A stretch of DNA of 64,000 nt from an uncultured Ellagibacter sp. (GTDB taxonomy: Bacteria; Actinomycetota; Coriobacteriia; Coriobacteriales; Eggerthellaceae), in assembly GCF_934643285.1 (NCBI RefSeq), contig NZ_CAKUBT010000007.1, positions 4,755-68,754 on the forward strand, in the 5' to 3' direction. The position numbers and the translations under genes are program-made. Under the pieces are notes generated by a model that searched no databases, was not told where the DNA came from, and worked only from the letters and a program-made list of their open reading frames with translations. Positions within the stretch are counted from its first letter, which is position 1. The number at the start of each line of letters is the position of its first letter. This document shows positions 28,982 to 38,452 of this stretch, one piece after another.

Positions 28982-29444
28982 CAACCCACGCTCCAATCCA
29001 TTCAGAGGGCGACCTTCCCGCCGCAGCATCAGCCACCCAAGTCGGCTGCACAGGCGCCGACGCCTCGACGGATACTTCGAAGTCCTCGCCATCGTTGACT
29101 ACCCCCAAAAGACGGGCCCCCACCCCGATAAGCGGCAGCGGCCTTGCCTTCGTCGCAATGCGCACGCGAACCGTATCGCTCGCTTCGCCGCCCTCAAGCT
29201 CCACCTCCCACGTGCAACCTCCCTGGTGAACGTGAAAGCAATCCTGCTCAGGCACCGCGCCCAGCCGCCTGAGCGCGAACGCCCTGCACACCCCCGAAGG
29301 GTCCCCCTCAGGAGTCGTCGCAAGCAGACGACAGGTTTCCGCGGCGGCGTGCTGCATGACGATGCGGTCGTAGAGCAAGATGCCCGGCTGCACGAGCAGT
29401 ATCACCAACGCCAGCGCGACAGGAAGCGCAAACGCCGCCTCCAC
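28971..29444 (-). CDS. tadE: TadE-like protein; true start unresolved (lies between 29444 and 29482)
   Basis: The frame reads ..KVFREDAGQATVEAAFALPVALALVILLVQPG.. (TadE motif). No ATG/GTG/TTG lies in frame between the flp2 stop (29483) and GTG 29444, and starting at that GTG would remove the GQ/ATVE leader. Confidence 0.5.
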   Translation of the reverse strand: MEAAFALPVALALVILLVQPGILLYDRIVMQHAAAETCRLLATTPEGDPSGVCRAFALRRLGAVPEQDCFHVHQGGCTWEVELEGGEASDTVRVRIATKARPLPLIGVGARLLGVVNDGEDFEVSVEASAPVQPTWVADAAAGRSPSEWIGAWVDEA

Positions 29445-29482
29445 GGTTGCCTGACCAGCATCTTCGCGAAATACCTTGCAAA

Positions 29483-29677
29483 CTAGAACGCGAACACGTC
29501 CGCCACCGACCCTAAAGCCGCGAGCTGCAGGTGATGGGAAGCCGACATGAGCGCATGCTCCACGAACAGCCCTTCCCCCATCGCCTTGGCAAGCATGCCC
29601 AGCGCCATAATTGCGCACAGCACGCCGACGAGCACGACAGCGTATTCCACCGTGCCCTGCCCCCGCTCCGATCGCAT
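29483..29677 (-). CDS. flp: Flp/Fap-family pilin, second copy
   Basis: 64 aa, MRSERGQGTVEYAVVLVGVLCAIMALG... (G/TVEY processing motif). Confidence 0.6.
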   Translation of the reverse strand: MRSERGQGTVEYAVVLVGVLCAIMALGMLAKAMGEGLFVEHALMSASHHLQLAALGSVADVFAF

Positions 29678-29721
29678 CTTGTCGGCGAGGGGCGCGAGGT
29701 CGGCCCTCGCCCTCGGGGCCG

Positions 29722-29943
29722 TCACAGCCCGTTGATACCGTTTGCGATCGCATCCCAAAGCTCCTGGATTTTCGGCCGGAACAAGGTTATGGCGACTATC
29801 GCGATCACGACGAGCACGCCGACGAGAATCGCGTACTCGGTCGTCCCCTGCCCCTTCTCGCAGGCAAGCTTCGCCTTCGCCGCGCACCATGCGCCTATCG
29901 CACGTTGGCCGATTTCGGCGCGCACCCTTCTCATGAACATCAT
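29722..29943 (-). CDS. flp: Flp/Fap-family pilin
   Basis: 73 aa, ...EKGQGTTEYAILVGVLVVIAIVAITLF... (G/TTEY motif plus hydrophobic helix). Confidence 0.7.
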   Translation of the reverse strand: MMFMRRVRAEIGQRAIGAWCAAKAKLACEKGQGTTEYAILVGVLVVIAIVAITLFRPKIQELWDAIANGINGL

Positions 29944-29963
29944 CCTGCATCCACCTTTCCTTT

Positions 29964-30893
29964 CTAAAACCCGCCGACCAGCTCAAGCAGCATCGGCCCT
30001 AACACCAAGATGAGCATCGCGGGGAGCATGAGCGTCCCCGTCAGGACCATCATCTTTACCGGCGCCTTCGCGACCTGCTCCTGCTTGAGCGCGCGATACG
30101 ACGCCCTCGCTTCGCGCGCCGTCGCCTCAAGCCCCTCAGCAAGCGAGGAGCCGTAGCGCAAAGATCGGATCACGGACTCGATCGCCCGCGCGAAAAGCGC
30201 CGAATCGTAGGTTTCGGCGACACCGCGAAGCGCGTCGTCCCGGCGAGCCAGCCCTAAAGCCCATTGCTGATGAGCGGATGCCAAGGAGCGGGAAAGCAGC
30301 GTGTCGAAATGGTCCAGATACACGTCAAGGCTCCTATCGAACGACAAGCCGCTCCTCAAACCGAGCGAGACCACCTCGAGCATTTCGGGAAGATGCCGCT
30401 CAAGCTCTTCTGCCCGCGCCTTCCTTCTTTTCTCAAGCGCCCTTTTCGGGGCCGACCAGCCCCACAGCCCGCCCGCCGCCGCAAGCAGAACGGCAAGCTC
30501 CGAGGAAAGCGAACACCCGAGAAGAGCACCTGCGGCGGCTGCGTAGAGCGTCAAGCGAAGCCGCGCGTCACAAAACCCAGCGATCGATGCTGACGAGGCC
30601 AACCCCGCCTGTCGAATTACCTGGGCAAGGGCCTCTTCCCGTCGTGGGGAAACCGGGCGGGCAGACCGCTTCTTCGCAACGCGGCTTCGCGCCTCGACAA
30701 ATGAGATCACCCCGTCCGAGATGCCCTTGCCCTCGCGAGAGGCAGCCGTCCCTTCCCCCGAGAGGGAAGCACGGCGCCTCGCTGCGGCTCGGCTTTTCTC
30801 GCGCGCTCGAACGGCCTCGACAGACGCGACGAGCCCCGCGCCGAAAGCCCCGACACCCGCAAGCACCGCGACGACACCGCTTTCCGCAACCAT
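29964..30893 (-). CDS. tadC: Tad pilus inner-membrane platform protein TadC (T2SS-F domain)
   Basis: Only the last 309 aa of the 643-aa track ORF are taken (MVAESGVVAVLAG...). ATG 30893 shares one nucleotide with the tadB stop. Confidence 0.75.
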   Translation of the reverse strand: MVAESGVVAVLAGVGAFGAGLVASVEAVRAREKSRAAARRRASLSGEGTAASREGKGISDGVISFVEARSRVAKKRSARPVSPRREEALAQVIRQAGLASSASIAGFCDARLRLTLYAAAAGALLGCSLSSELAVLLAAAGGLWGWSAPKRALEKRRKARAEELERHLPEMLEVVSLGLRSGLSFDRSLDVYLDHFDTLLSRSLASAHQQWALGLARRDDALRGVAETYDSALFARAIESVIRSLRYGSSLAEGLEATAREARASYRALKQEQVAKAPVKMMVLTGTLMLPAMLILVLGPMLLELVGGF

Positions 30894-31876
30894 CACTCCA
30901 CCTCGACTTTCAACATATGGCGCACGGACACGATGCCCGCGACTTGCATGGCAACGGCGATGCACAGAAGCGCCATCCCCGCGAAGCTCGAGAAGAAAGG
31001 GCCGAGGAAGTCTTCGCTCACCAGCGAGAACAACGCGACAAGGACAATCGGCATCACGCTGACGATGCGGGCCGAAAGCTTTGCCTGGGCGGTCTGGACG
31101 CGAAGCGAGCGTGTGAGCTCGAGCTCGCCCTCGACAGTCTCCCGCGCGGCGTCGAGCACGCGCTCCATGCTCCCCCCCGTTTGATGCTGCACGTCGAGCG
31201 CAACGGAAACGAAGGCGAGCTCGGGGACCGAGTTCCTCCCCTGGAAAACCGAGAGCGCCTCGCGCGTGCTGCCGCCCGTCTCGAGAAGGTGAGCTGCGCG
31301 CTGGAACAGTACCCCAACAGAGCCTTTCGTAGCAGCCCCGACCTGCTGCATCGTCTGGAGAAGCGACTGCCCCGACCGAAAGCACACCGCCATCGAGCGC
31401 AATGCGTCGGGAACGGCCTCGCGCATACGCTCGCGCCGCTTGTCCTCCGAGCTCTTCGCGCAAACCGCGCACGCCGCCGCAACGCAGAAGGCGAGGGCCA
31501 CGCCGCATATCGGAGCTGCGGTGAGCGCAGCTCCGCCCACTCCGACGACGAGCATCGCGACGAGGACGAGCGACAGCACCGATTCCTCGGTTGCCGCAAA
31601 CCCCCGCCCCTCTGCGGCAGCAAGAACGTTCTCGCCCGTCGCGCGCACCTTCGCGCTCCTTAGCGCAAGCCGCGCAGCAGGACGCATGATTCCCACCCCG
31701 TTGCGAACAAGCCACGAGAACCAACCCGATTTGCCCCTTTCGGACCCGATCGAGTATGCGGCGGCACGTGGCCTTTTGCCGAGCACTCCCAAAATGGCAT
31801 GCATCAAGAAGAGAGCACAGCCAAACGCCGCCAAAACCGCTACAGAGCGCAAAGCGAGGCTTCCCTCCATGAGCAC
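30893..31876 (-). CDS. tadB: Tad pilus inner-membrane platform protein TadB (T2SS-F domain)
   Basis: 327 aa. ...PDALRSMAVCFRSGQSLLQTMQQV... with TM helices at both ends. Confidence 0.8.
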   Translation of the reverse strand: MLMEGSLALRSVAVLAAFGCALFLMHAILGVLGKRPRAAAYSIGSERGKSGWFSWLVRNGVGIMRPAARLALRSAKVRATGENVLAAAEGRGFAATEESVLSLVLVAMLVVGVGGAALTAAPICGVALAFCVAAACAVCAKSSEDKRRERMREAVPDALRSMAVCFRSGQSLLQTMQQVGAATKGSVGVLFQRAAHLLETGGSTREALSVFQGRNSVPELAFVSVALDVQHQTGGSMERVLDAARETVEGELELTRSLRVQTAQAKLSARIVSVMPIVLVALFSLVSEDFLGPFFSSFAGMALLCIAVAMQVAGIVSVRHMLKVEVE

Positions 31877-33165
31877 ACCTCCTCGTCGGTTGCAATTCTC
31901 CTCTTCACCAAGTCACCCACCCACTCAGGCGCAGCGAGCCATGTGCCCTCCTCGCCGCAGATATCCCGCCGGTATATCGGCTCGACTGCGCAGCCCCTGC
32001 CGCCCTCTCCTGGGGAAATGACCGCAATTTGGGACACCATTCGCGAGCCATCGGCACCGCGGGCCGTCTGGACGATAAGGTCGAAAGCGCTCGCAACCTG
32101 CGACTCGATGACGTCGACGGGCAAATCGGCAACGAAGCGCACCATGGTCACCAAGCGAGAAATCGCCTCCTTCGGGGAGTTCGCATGAAGCGTTGTAAGC
32201 GACCCTTCATGCCCCGTGTTCATGGCGGAAAGCATGTCGAGCGCCTCGCCGCCGCGGCATTCGCCCACGATGATGCGGTCGGGGCGCATGCGCAGCGCGT
32301 TCGCGACCAGATCGCGGATAGTGACTTCCCCCACCCCTTCCGCATTGCGCGGACGAGCCTCTAAGCGCACGACATGAGGATGTTCCAAAAAGCGCAGCTC
32401 GGCGGAGTCTTCTATCGTGATAATCCTCTCATCAGGGGGAACATGGCAAGAAAGGGCATTAAGCAGCGTCGTCTTGCCACTTCCCGTTCCGCCGGAAACA
32501 GCGATGCTCTTGCGAGCTCGAACAGCCCAGATGAGCAAGCGCCGCACGCTCCGCTCCACAGAGCCGCTCTCCACCATGTCCTGCAAGGTGATGACCCTCG
32601 AGGAGAATGTTCGGATCGTGAGCATCGGGCCATCGAGCGCAAGAGGAGGCACGATGGCGTTCACGCGATGCCCCTGCGCAAGGCGGGCGTTCACCATAGG
32701 CGACGACTCGTCGATTCGCCTGCCGAGCGGGCCGATGATGCGGTCGATGAGCATCCTCACCTCGTCATCGCTTGCAAAGCAAAACTCGCTTCGATGCAAG
32801 ACGCCTTCGCGCTCGTAGAACAGGGAGCGCGAACCGTTCACCATGATCTCGGTTATCGACTCGTCGGCAAGAAACGCCTCGAGAGGCCCGAAGCCCAGCA
32901 TGGAATCAATCAGAGTGTCGGCGAGCGCTTCCTGCTCCGCAAGGCCAGTATCGAAGCGGCCGCTTCCCTCGAACGCTGCCCGGCAAACCGCTCGGATCTC
33001 GTTGCGCGCCCGCTCGGGATTGCCCTTGGCAAGCGAGGCGATATCGTCAGCGGGAAGCTGCTCGCGAACCCGCCCCTTCAACCACTCGAGCATTTCATCG
33101 CGAGTCGCCCGAGAAACGGCAGGAGTTTCATTTCCCGCCGCCCGAACGCGATCGAGGAGCGTCAT
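31840..33165 (-). CDS. tadA: Tad secretion ATPase TadA/CpaF
   Basis: Walker [17 protein letters not shown]; Asp/His boxes ([10 protein letters not shown], ..[12 protein letters not shown]). ATGA overlap with tadZ. Confidence 0.9.
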   Translation of the reverse strand: MTLLDRVRAAGNETPAVSRATRDEMLEWLKGRVREQLPADDIASLAKGNPERARNEIRAVCRAAFEGSGRFDTGLAEQEALADTLIDSMLGFGPLEAFLADESITEIMVNGSRSLFYEREGVLHRSEFCFASDDEVRMLIDRIIGPLGRRIDESSPMVNARLAQGHRVNAIVPPLALDGPMLTIRTFSSRVITLQDMVESGSVERSVRRLLIWAVRARKSIAVSGGTGSGKTTLLNALSCHVPPDERIITIEDSAELRFLEHPHVVRLEARPRNAEGVGEVTIRDLVANALRMRPDRIIVGECRGGEALDMLSAMNTGHEGSLTTLHANSPKEAISRLVTMVRFVADLPVDVIESQVASAFDLIVQTARGADGSRMVSQIAVISPGEGGRGCAVEPIYRRDICGEEGTWLAAPEWVGDLVKRRIATDEEVCSWREASLCAL

Positions 33166-34430
33166 GGGAGCACCCCCTCTCGGCGAGCACGTCTGAAGGA
33201 GAATAGCCCGCGCGATAGCGCCTCGGATTCTTCGGATGAAGCCAATGAGCCCGCAGCCTCCCCGGCCACCTCGCCCATAAGCTCCCTCACGCTTAGCGCG
33301 AAGGGATTGCGCGAGGAAACCAAATCGTAAGCAAGCCCTGTACCGAGCGCCTGCTCGACTTCCACTCCGCCATCTTTAAGTTCGGCAGCATGCGCACCCT
33401 GCATCGCGCACGACACATCGATTGACGAGAACAGCGAACGCTTCGAGCAGCGATTTGCGACGAATAGGAAGGGTCTTGCCGCAATTCCGCAACGAGCGCA
33501 CAGCTCGACCGCATGCTTGCATGCCCGAAGAGACGATGCCCTCTGATCGACGAGGAACAGCGCCCGAGAAGATCGCTCGAGAAGCACCGCATGCTGCTCT
33601 CCCCAGTTTGCGCCCGTGTTTGCAACGATCGCGTCGAAGTGAGCCATTGCCGAATCGAGCAGCGCAGGCAATTCGTGCACTATCGTTTCGGATTGCTCGA
33701 GCCTTCTCGGTGCAGCGATAAGGCAGAGCCCTTGCTCGTCGCGCGGCAAATCGGACAGGGGAACAGCGCCGGAAAGCACCTCGTCAATCCCGTAAGCACG
33801 CTTGGCCCCGAGCAGTTCGCGCATATCCCCGAATTGGAAGTCGCAATCGAGAAGCAGCGTCTTGATTCCCGCCGAAGCTAACGTCGCCGCCGCAACCGCA
33901 GATACCGCACTCTTACCCGCGCCGCCGCTTCCACTGACGACGGTAATCAGAGTAGCTCGCTTTTCACCTGATGAAACGACAGGTTTTGGCAAAACCGAGC
34001 CCGTGCAGGGAACCGCGCAGGGACCAGTCTCCCTTTTGGAATCGCGCGAGCCCGAAGCTAGCGCACGGACCTGCCGCTTGCGCGCCGCATAACGTTCAGC
34101 AAGCACCTGGTGAGTCATTGTCTCATCTATTCCCGCCGCCTTCGTCCGACTATGAAGCGAGCCGGACGGCTGCGAACAGAGCATCGACACGCGACGCCTT
34201 GGATTGTCGCGCTTCACCGCCGCAGCCAAGTTAATCGGCTCGACGTCGGGGCAAGAGACCACCCATATTTCCTCAATCGAGGCGCTTTTCGCGGCCAAGT
34301 CCCGCGCTTCCCGAGCCGTCGTACGAACCGCAAGCCATGGCTGCTCGAGCAGATTCTCCTCCCGAAGGCCGATAAGCTCGGGGTGACGTGCGCTCTCCTC
34401 GTCGGCGCACAACAAAACCTTAGCGTTCAT
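33162..34430 (-). CDS. tadZ: TadZ/CpaE-like ParA/MinD-family ATPase with N-terminal receiver-like domain
   Basis: Start taken at ATG 34430 (MNAKVLLCADEE...). Deviant Walker A VVSGSGGAGKS...LLLDCD. Confidence 0.75.
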   Translation of the reverse strand: MNAKVLLCADEESARHPELIGLREENLLEQPWLAVRTTAREARDLAAKSASIEEIWVVSCPDVEPINLAAAVKRDNPRRRVSMLCSQPSGSLHSRTKAAGIDETMTHQVLAERYAARKRQVRALASGSRDSKRETGPCAVPCTGSVLPKPVVSSGEKRATLITVVSGSGGAGKSAVSAVAAATLASAGIKTLLLDCDFQFGDMRELLGAKRAYGIDEVLSGAVPLSDLPRDEQGLCLIAAPRRLEQSETIVHELPALLDSAMAHFDAIVANTGANWGEQHAVLLERSSRALFLVDQRASSLRACKHAVELCARCGIAARPFLFVANRCSKRSLFSSIDVSCAMQGAHAAELKDGGVEVEQALGTGLAYDLVSSRNPFALSVRELMGEVAGEAAGSLASSEESEALSRGLFSFRRARREGVLP

Positions 34431-35274
34431 GGGAAGCCCCTTCTCCAGAGTCGAGGTCGGAAGCAGGCGCCGGCAAGGCGCCCTCAGCCTGTGATGCGTC
34501 AGCAGCCGCGGACCGATCGTCAGGTTGCGAAACCTGAGACGAACCCGAATCAAACGCCACATCCGACCTCCGTTGGACACTCGACCCTTTCTGACCCTCG
34601 TTCGCATCGAGAGACATCGACACCGTCGGCTCGGGAACGTCTTCGCCAGGAAGGGTGAAATACAGCTCCGATCCCTGCGCAACCGATACGATTTCCTGAA
34701 CATTCGCAGGGTCGAGCGCAAGCGTTACCCATGAAACGGAATCGGCCCCCGATTTCGACGAAGAGCTCGCATTCGTTGCAAGCACCAAAACGCTATGGGC
34801 GATGAGCGTCGTTCCCGCCGAGCCCGTCGCGTACACGTCGACGAACATACCTGGGCGAAGCGCGCCCCCGACCGTTTGCACATCGCGCGCAGGAACGCTG
34901 ACGGCGGTCAGCTCGCCGGGAACCTCGATGGAAGATGACGACTCCTCGAACCGCCTTGAGGTCAGCACCTCGCCTTTCAGCACCGTTGAGGTCACCTGCT
35001 TGCCAAGGACGTCGCCATCCTGCGTAAGGGGGTCTTCGGGCAGAAGCGCCGTGACCCACATCCGCTTCTCGAAAGAAGAGGCATCGACCACTTCGCCAGC
35101 TGCGATGTCCCTTTTCGCCACACACACCTCGACTTGCTCGCCGCCAAAACGCTCGAGCGCCTCGGCGCGCGCCGCATCGACCTGCGCACCCGCATCCTGC
35201 AGGTACATAAACACGCAGACGGCGCATAACACGCCGCATGCGATGCCGATGATCCACGATTTCGTTCGTCTCAT
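34420..35274 (-). CDS. cpaB: Flp pilus assembly protein CpaB/RcpC
   Basis: Start taken at ATG 35274, 5 nt after GGAGGA (MRRTKSWIIGIACGVLCAV...). SAF-like region VAKRDIAAGEVV and the RcpC C-domain pattern. Confidence 0.8.
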   Translation of the reverse strand: MRRTKSWIIGIACGVLCAVCVFMYLQDAGAQVDAARAEALERFGGEQVEVCVAKRDIAAGEVVDASSFEKRMWVTALLPEDPLTQDGDVLGKQVTSTVLKGEVLTSRRFEESSSSIEVPGELTAVSVPARDVQTVGGALRPGMFVDVYATGSAGTTLIAHSVLVLATNASSSSKSGADSVSWVTLALDPANVQEIVSVAQGSELYFTLPGEDVPEPTVSMSLDANEGQKGSSVQRRSDVAFDSGSSQVSQPDDRSAAADASQAEGALPAPASDLDSGEGASHER

Positions 35275-35602
35275 GAGTCCTCCGCTCATCCAAGTGAAGG
35301 ACATGCTAGCGAGCGATTCAGGCACAACTCGAGCAAATAGCTTCTCGAAAACCCACGCCTTATCCGCAGGGATTAGTCAGCTTTTCCGAAAATGCGCGCA
35401 AAAACCTGGCAGTAAGTCCCTGAATACGCGCCATTTCTCGGCAGAAACGAGACGCGAAATCGAAAAAACCTTGCAGAAACCCGGCAGGAACCTGGCACGA
35501 CGTCGACGGAAAACAGGCAGGCCCGACGAGCCGTCAAGACGCGAACAATCCTCCGCCGAAAGAAAAAACGGGCCACGGAAAACCCGTGACCCGTCGAATA
35601 CC

Positions 35603-35677
35603 TGGTGGTCGCTGAGGGATTTGAACCCCCGACCCAGTGCTTGTAAGGCACTTGCGCTCCCGCTGCGCCAAGCGACC
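35603..35677 (-). tRNA. tRNA-Val (anticodon UAC), CCA encoded
   Basis: The reverse complement GGTCGCTTGGCGCAGCGGGAGCGCAAGTGCCTTACAAGCACTGGGTCGGGGGTTCAAATCCCTCAGCGACCACCA folds into a full cloverleaf: 7-bp acceptor, GCGC D-stem, AGTGC/GCACT anticodon stem, loop CTTACAA, T-loop TTCAAAT. Confidence 0.95.
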
Positions 35678-35717
35678 ATGATTGCACGAATGCGCCTCAG
35701 TATTGTCCCACACCTTC

Positions 35718-36539
35718 CTAGCGAGCGCAATATGGTGTGAACCCGAAGTGCTCTTGGAGCGCCGCCGAGACCGCAGCATCGTCTTCGAGCGGAGTCTTCT
35801 CGCTCACGCCGGATTCGCGCACGTTCAACACCCCGCGGCCGATGCTTTTGAAGCCGGAAGCCGTGCGGATATTCGCCATCACGGTATCGCGGAACACGGT
35901 CCCAGGCTGTGAACAGGCCAAACTCAACGCTGCAAAATCAATATCCTCGACAGCGGCAAGGCAGAACTCAAGCTCAGTCTGGCGCCTCGACGGACCCTCG
36001 TCGCCATACAGGTCGCGCTTCGCCTGCGAAATCCGGTCGATGGCCCACCAGTGCTCGTCGATACGGCGCGGAATGTACACCTCGCCGCGAACCGTCTGCT
36101 CACGCTCGTCGCAGATGACAAGCGAGCCCGCGGGAAGCGGTCCGCCGAACCCGACGTCGACTGAAAGCAGCTCCCCGTCGAGGGAAACAAGTGTGCCCCG
36201 GTGGTTGATCGGCATGCGCCCTTCCCTGCCGCGGACAGCTCGGCTGAGGCAGGGACGCACCTCGAAGCCCACCGAACGAAGCAGCAGCTCGAACATCTTG
36301 TTCAGCTCGAAGCAAAATCCACCATGCCGATCGACAACGATCTTTTGATAGAGGTCGCCCATCTCAAGAGAGGGCGCTTCCCCAAGCGCAACCAAATCGG
36401 CGGTTTCGAACGGGACGCTGCACTGATGCGCATACACCAGGCCGTCGAGCGTCTCTCTCGTCACCGGGGCGTCGCCTTCCCATCCGATTCTCGTCAAGTA
36501 CGCCGAAGTCATAACGTCGTTGAGCATCTCCATCGCCAT
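35718..36539 (-). CDS. Arylamine N-acetyltransferase (NAT family)
   Basis: Start at ATG 36539, 7 nt after GGAGGAGG. YLTRIGW..., catalytic Cys context HGGFCFELNKMF, typical NAT length. Confidence 0.85.
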   Translation of the reverse strand: MAMEMLNDVMTSAYLTRIGWEGDAPVTRETLDGLVYAHQCSVPFETADLVALGEAPSLEMGDLYQKIVVDRHGGFCFELNKMFELLLRSVGFEVRPCLSRAVRGREGRMPINHRGTLVSLDGELLSVDVGFGGPLPAGSLVICDEREQTVRGEVYIPRRIDEHWWAIDRISQAKRDLYGDEGPSRRQTELEFCLAAVEDIDFAALSLACSQPGTVFRDTVMANIRTASGFKSIGRGVLNVRESGVSEKTPLEDDAAVSAALQEHFGFTPYCAR

Positions 36540-36697
36540 AGAGGGCCTCCTCCGCAAATCGCCGCGTTTCCCATCGGTTCCATATTACTAGAGCAAGCCG
36601 CATATATCAGCTACACTCCAATTGAGTGTTGACTTGCCCTTGTTGCAGCGTATCTTGCATAGCAGGAACGCGTATTGCCGAGCCGAAGGGGGACGCC

Positions 36698-37156
36698 ATG
36701 GGATCCTACGAACGCGAACAGCAGATGATTGCCGACAAGACAGCCTCGCGAGGAGAAACCGCGCGACGGTATTTCGCGGAGCTCGATTCCCAGCTCAACG
36801 AGGAGACGTCGCATCTCTCCCATCGACCCGACTACTCGAAAACGCTCTTCGCTCCCGAAAACGACGACATCTACCGCGAGTTCTGTTCCTTCGTCGACCT
36901 TCCCGAGCCACGCCATTTCGACGATATCGAAGACCCGATCTCCGTCGATGGGCGCACTGCCGCCGACGTTTACTTCGCCATGAAATCGAAGAACGACCGC
37001 ATCGTCGCCATCGACGGCGCGGCCGTCTATAACATGCTCGTGAAACTTCGCACGCAGCCCGAGATCGCCAACAAGGTGCTCAACTTCCGTCCCACCTGCT
37101 ACCAGGGAGGATGCGGCTCAAAGGACGCTGGCTTCGACCTGGGGTATTACGACTAG
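36698..37156 (+). CDS. Hypothetical protein (152 aa)
   Basis: ATG 36698 after GAAGGGGGA. No recognisable motif. Confidence 0.5.
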   Translation: MGSYEREQQMIADKTASRGETARRYFAELDSQLNEETSHLSHRPDYSKTLFAPENDDIYREFCSFVDLPEPRHFDDIEDPISVDGRTAADVYFAMKSKNDRIVAIDGAAVYNMLVKLRTQPEIANKVLNFRPTCYQGGCGSKDAGFDLGYYD

Positions 37157-37362
37157 GAAGGCACCCGAGCAAGCCGCACACCCGGTGGAAAACAGGCTCG
37201 CCTGCGAAGGGCGCGAGGTAGCTCACCCGCGCAAGGCTAGCTTTGCGCCCGTTCCATAACAAAGCCGCGCGATTCGTCCCATAATTCCCGCACCGCCCAA
37301 ACGAACCCCCGCGCACCGCATACTGAAACGAAAGCACACGCCACCCTACCCGAGGAGTTCGC

Positions 37363-38442
37363 ATGCAAACCAGCAATGCGCTTTTGCTCGATATCGTGGG
37401 CGCCTCCCGAACTCGATTCGTCATTCCCCCTTATCAGCGGGCGTATTCGTGGAAGCGCCGCCAATGCGAAGAGCTCTGGCTCGACATTTTCCGCGCCGCA
37501 CGGTCCGCCTCGCAGCACTTCGTGGGAACGCTTCTCTACGCCCCCGAGAAAAGCGACGAGAACGGCAACGACCGTTTCTCCATCGTGGACGGCCAGCAGC
37601 GCACGACGACCATCTCGCTTATCCTGGTCGCGCTCGTTCGCCACCTGAGAAACACGGGCACCACCCTCGCCCATACTACGGCAGGCGAAATCGAGGCGCG
37701 CTACCTTTTACTCGACGGCGACTCGAACCTCCCTGGCAAGCTCGTGCTTTCCCGAGGAGACCGCACCTCCTACTTCGACGCGCTGCACGGGGCCGCTCCC
37801 GATGCGATCGCCTCGGAGTCCATCGCGCACAACCTCGCGTTCTTCAGCGAGAAAATGGCCGAGCCCGATTTCGACGCCGAAGCGCTCTGGCAGGGGCTCA
37901 ACCTGCTTTCCGTCATCTTCGCCGAAGTCGAGAAAACGGAGAGCGCACAGCCGATCTTCGAGAGTTTGAACTCCAAAGGTGCACCTCTTACCACCGCTGA
38001 CCTGGTACGAAACTATCTTCTGCTTGCCGAAACGCACACGCAGCAAACCTATCTCTACGACACGTATTGGAGCATCATCGAGAGCCTGTTCGTGCCCGAC
38101 CCTGGTTCTCTTCGGCTCGATAACGCGATCCAAGGATGGCTTTCGATTAGGTTCCGAAAGGTTCGTGCGCACGGGCCCGGCGAGGTGTACAGCATCTTCA
38201 AGCGCTACGTCGAGGACGACTACACCGGCACGACCGAGGACCTTTTGCGGGAGCTGCGCAACTTCTGCTTCGTCTGGGCGGAAAACTACCGCTACCACGC
38301 GGTGAAGAAGTTCCGCACCATGGATTGGGCTGTTAACGGCGCACCCACATTGACCAGCGGGTTCACCCGCCAGAAAGCCCACAACGAAGCATATGCGCAA
38401 CGCGTGCGCGCCGAGATGCGCAACACAGACGCGACGCTTTAG
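37363..38442 (+). CDS. DUF262 (ParB-like NTPase, GmrSD N-domain family) protein, no nuclease domain
   Basis: FVIPPYQRAYSWKRRQCEELW..., IVDGQQRTTTISL, IFESLNSKGAPLTTADLVRNYLL. Confidence 0.8.
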   Translation: MQTSNALLLDIVGASRTRFVIPPYQRAYSWKRRQCEELWLDIFRAARSASQHFVGTLLYAPEKSDENGNDRFSIVDGQQRTTTISLILVALVRHLRNTGTTLAHTTAGEIEARYLLLDGDSNLPGKLVLSRGDRTSYFDALHGAAPDAIASESIAHNLAFFSEKMAEPDFDAEALWQGLNLLSVIFAEVEKTESAQPIFESLNSKGAPLTTADLVRNYLLLAETHTQQTYLYDTYWSIIESLFVPDPGSLRLDNAIQGWLSIRFRKVRAHGPGEVYSIFKRYVEDDYTGTTEDLLRELRNFCFVWAENYRYHAVKKFRTMDWAVNGAPTLTSGFTRQKAHNEAYAQRVRAEMRNTDATL

Positions 38443-38452
38443 GAGAGATGGC

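Noticed and set aside
30894-31895. N-terminal 334 aa of the 643-aa minus-strand ORF 29964..31895
   Set aside because: This part overlaps tadB in another frame and is Arg/Gly-rich with no motifs. Only the C-terminal 309 aa (TadC, from ATG 30893) look real.
35488-35506. Sigma-54 promoter (TGGCAC) upstream of the Tad operon
   Set aside because: TGGCAC is on the plus strand, the wrong orientation for the minus-strand operon. It is not followed by TTGC at the -12 spacing. It is one unit of the 11-bp repeat array.
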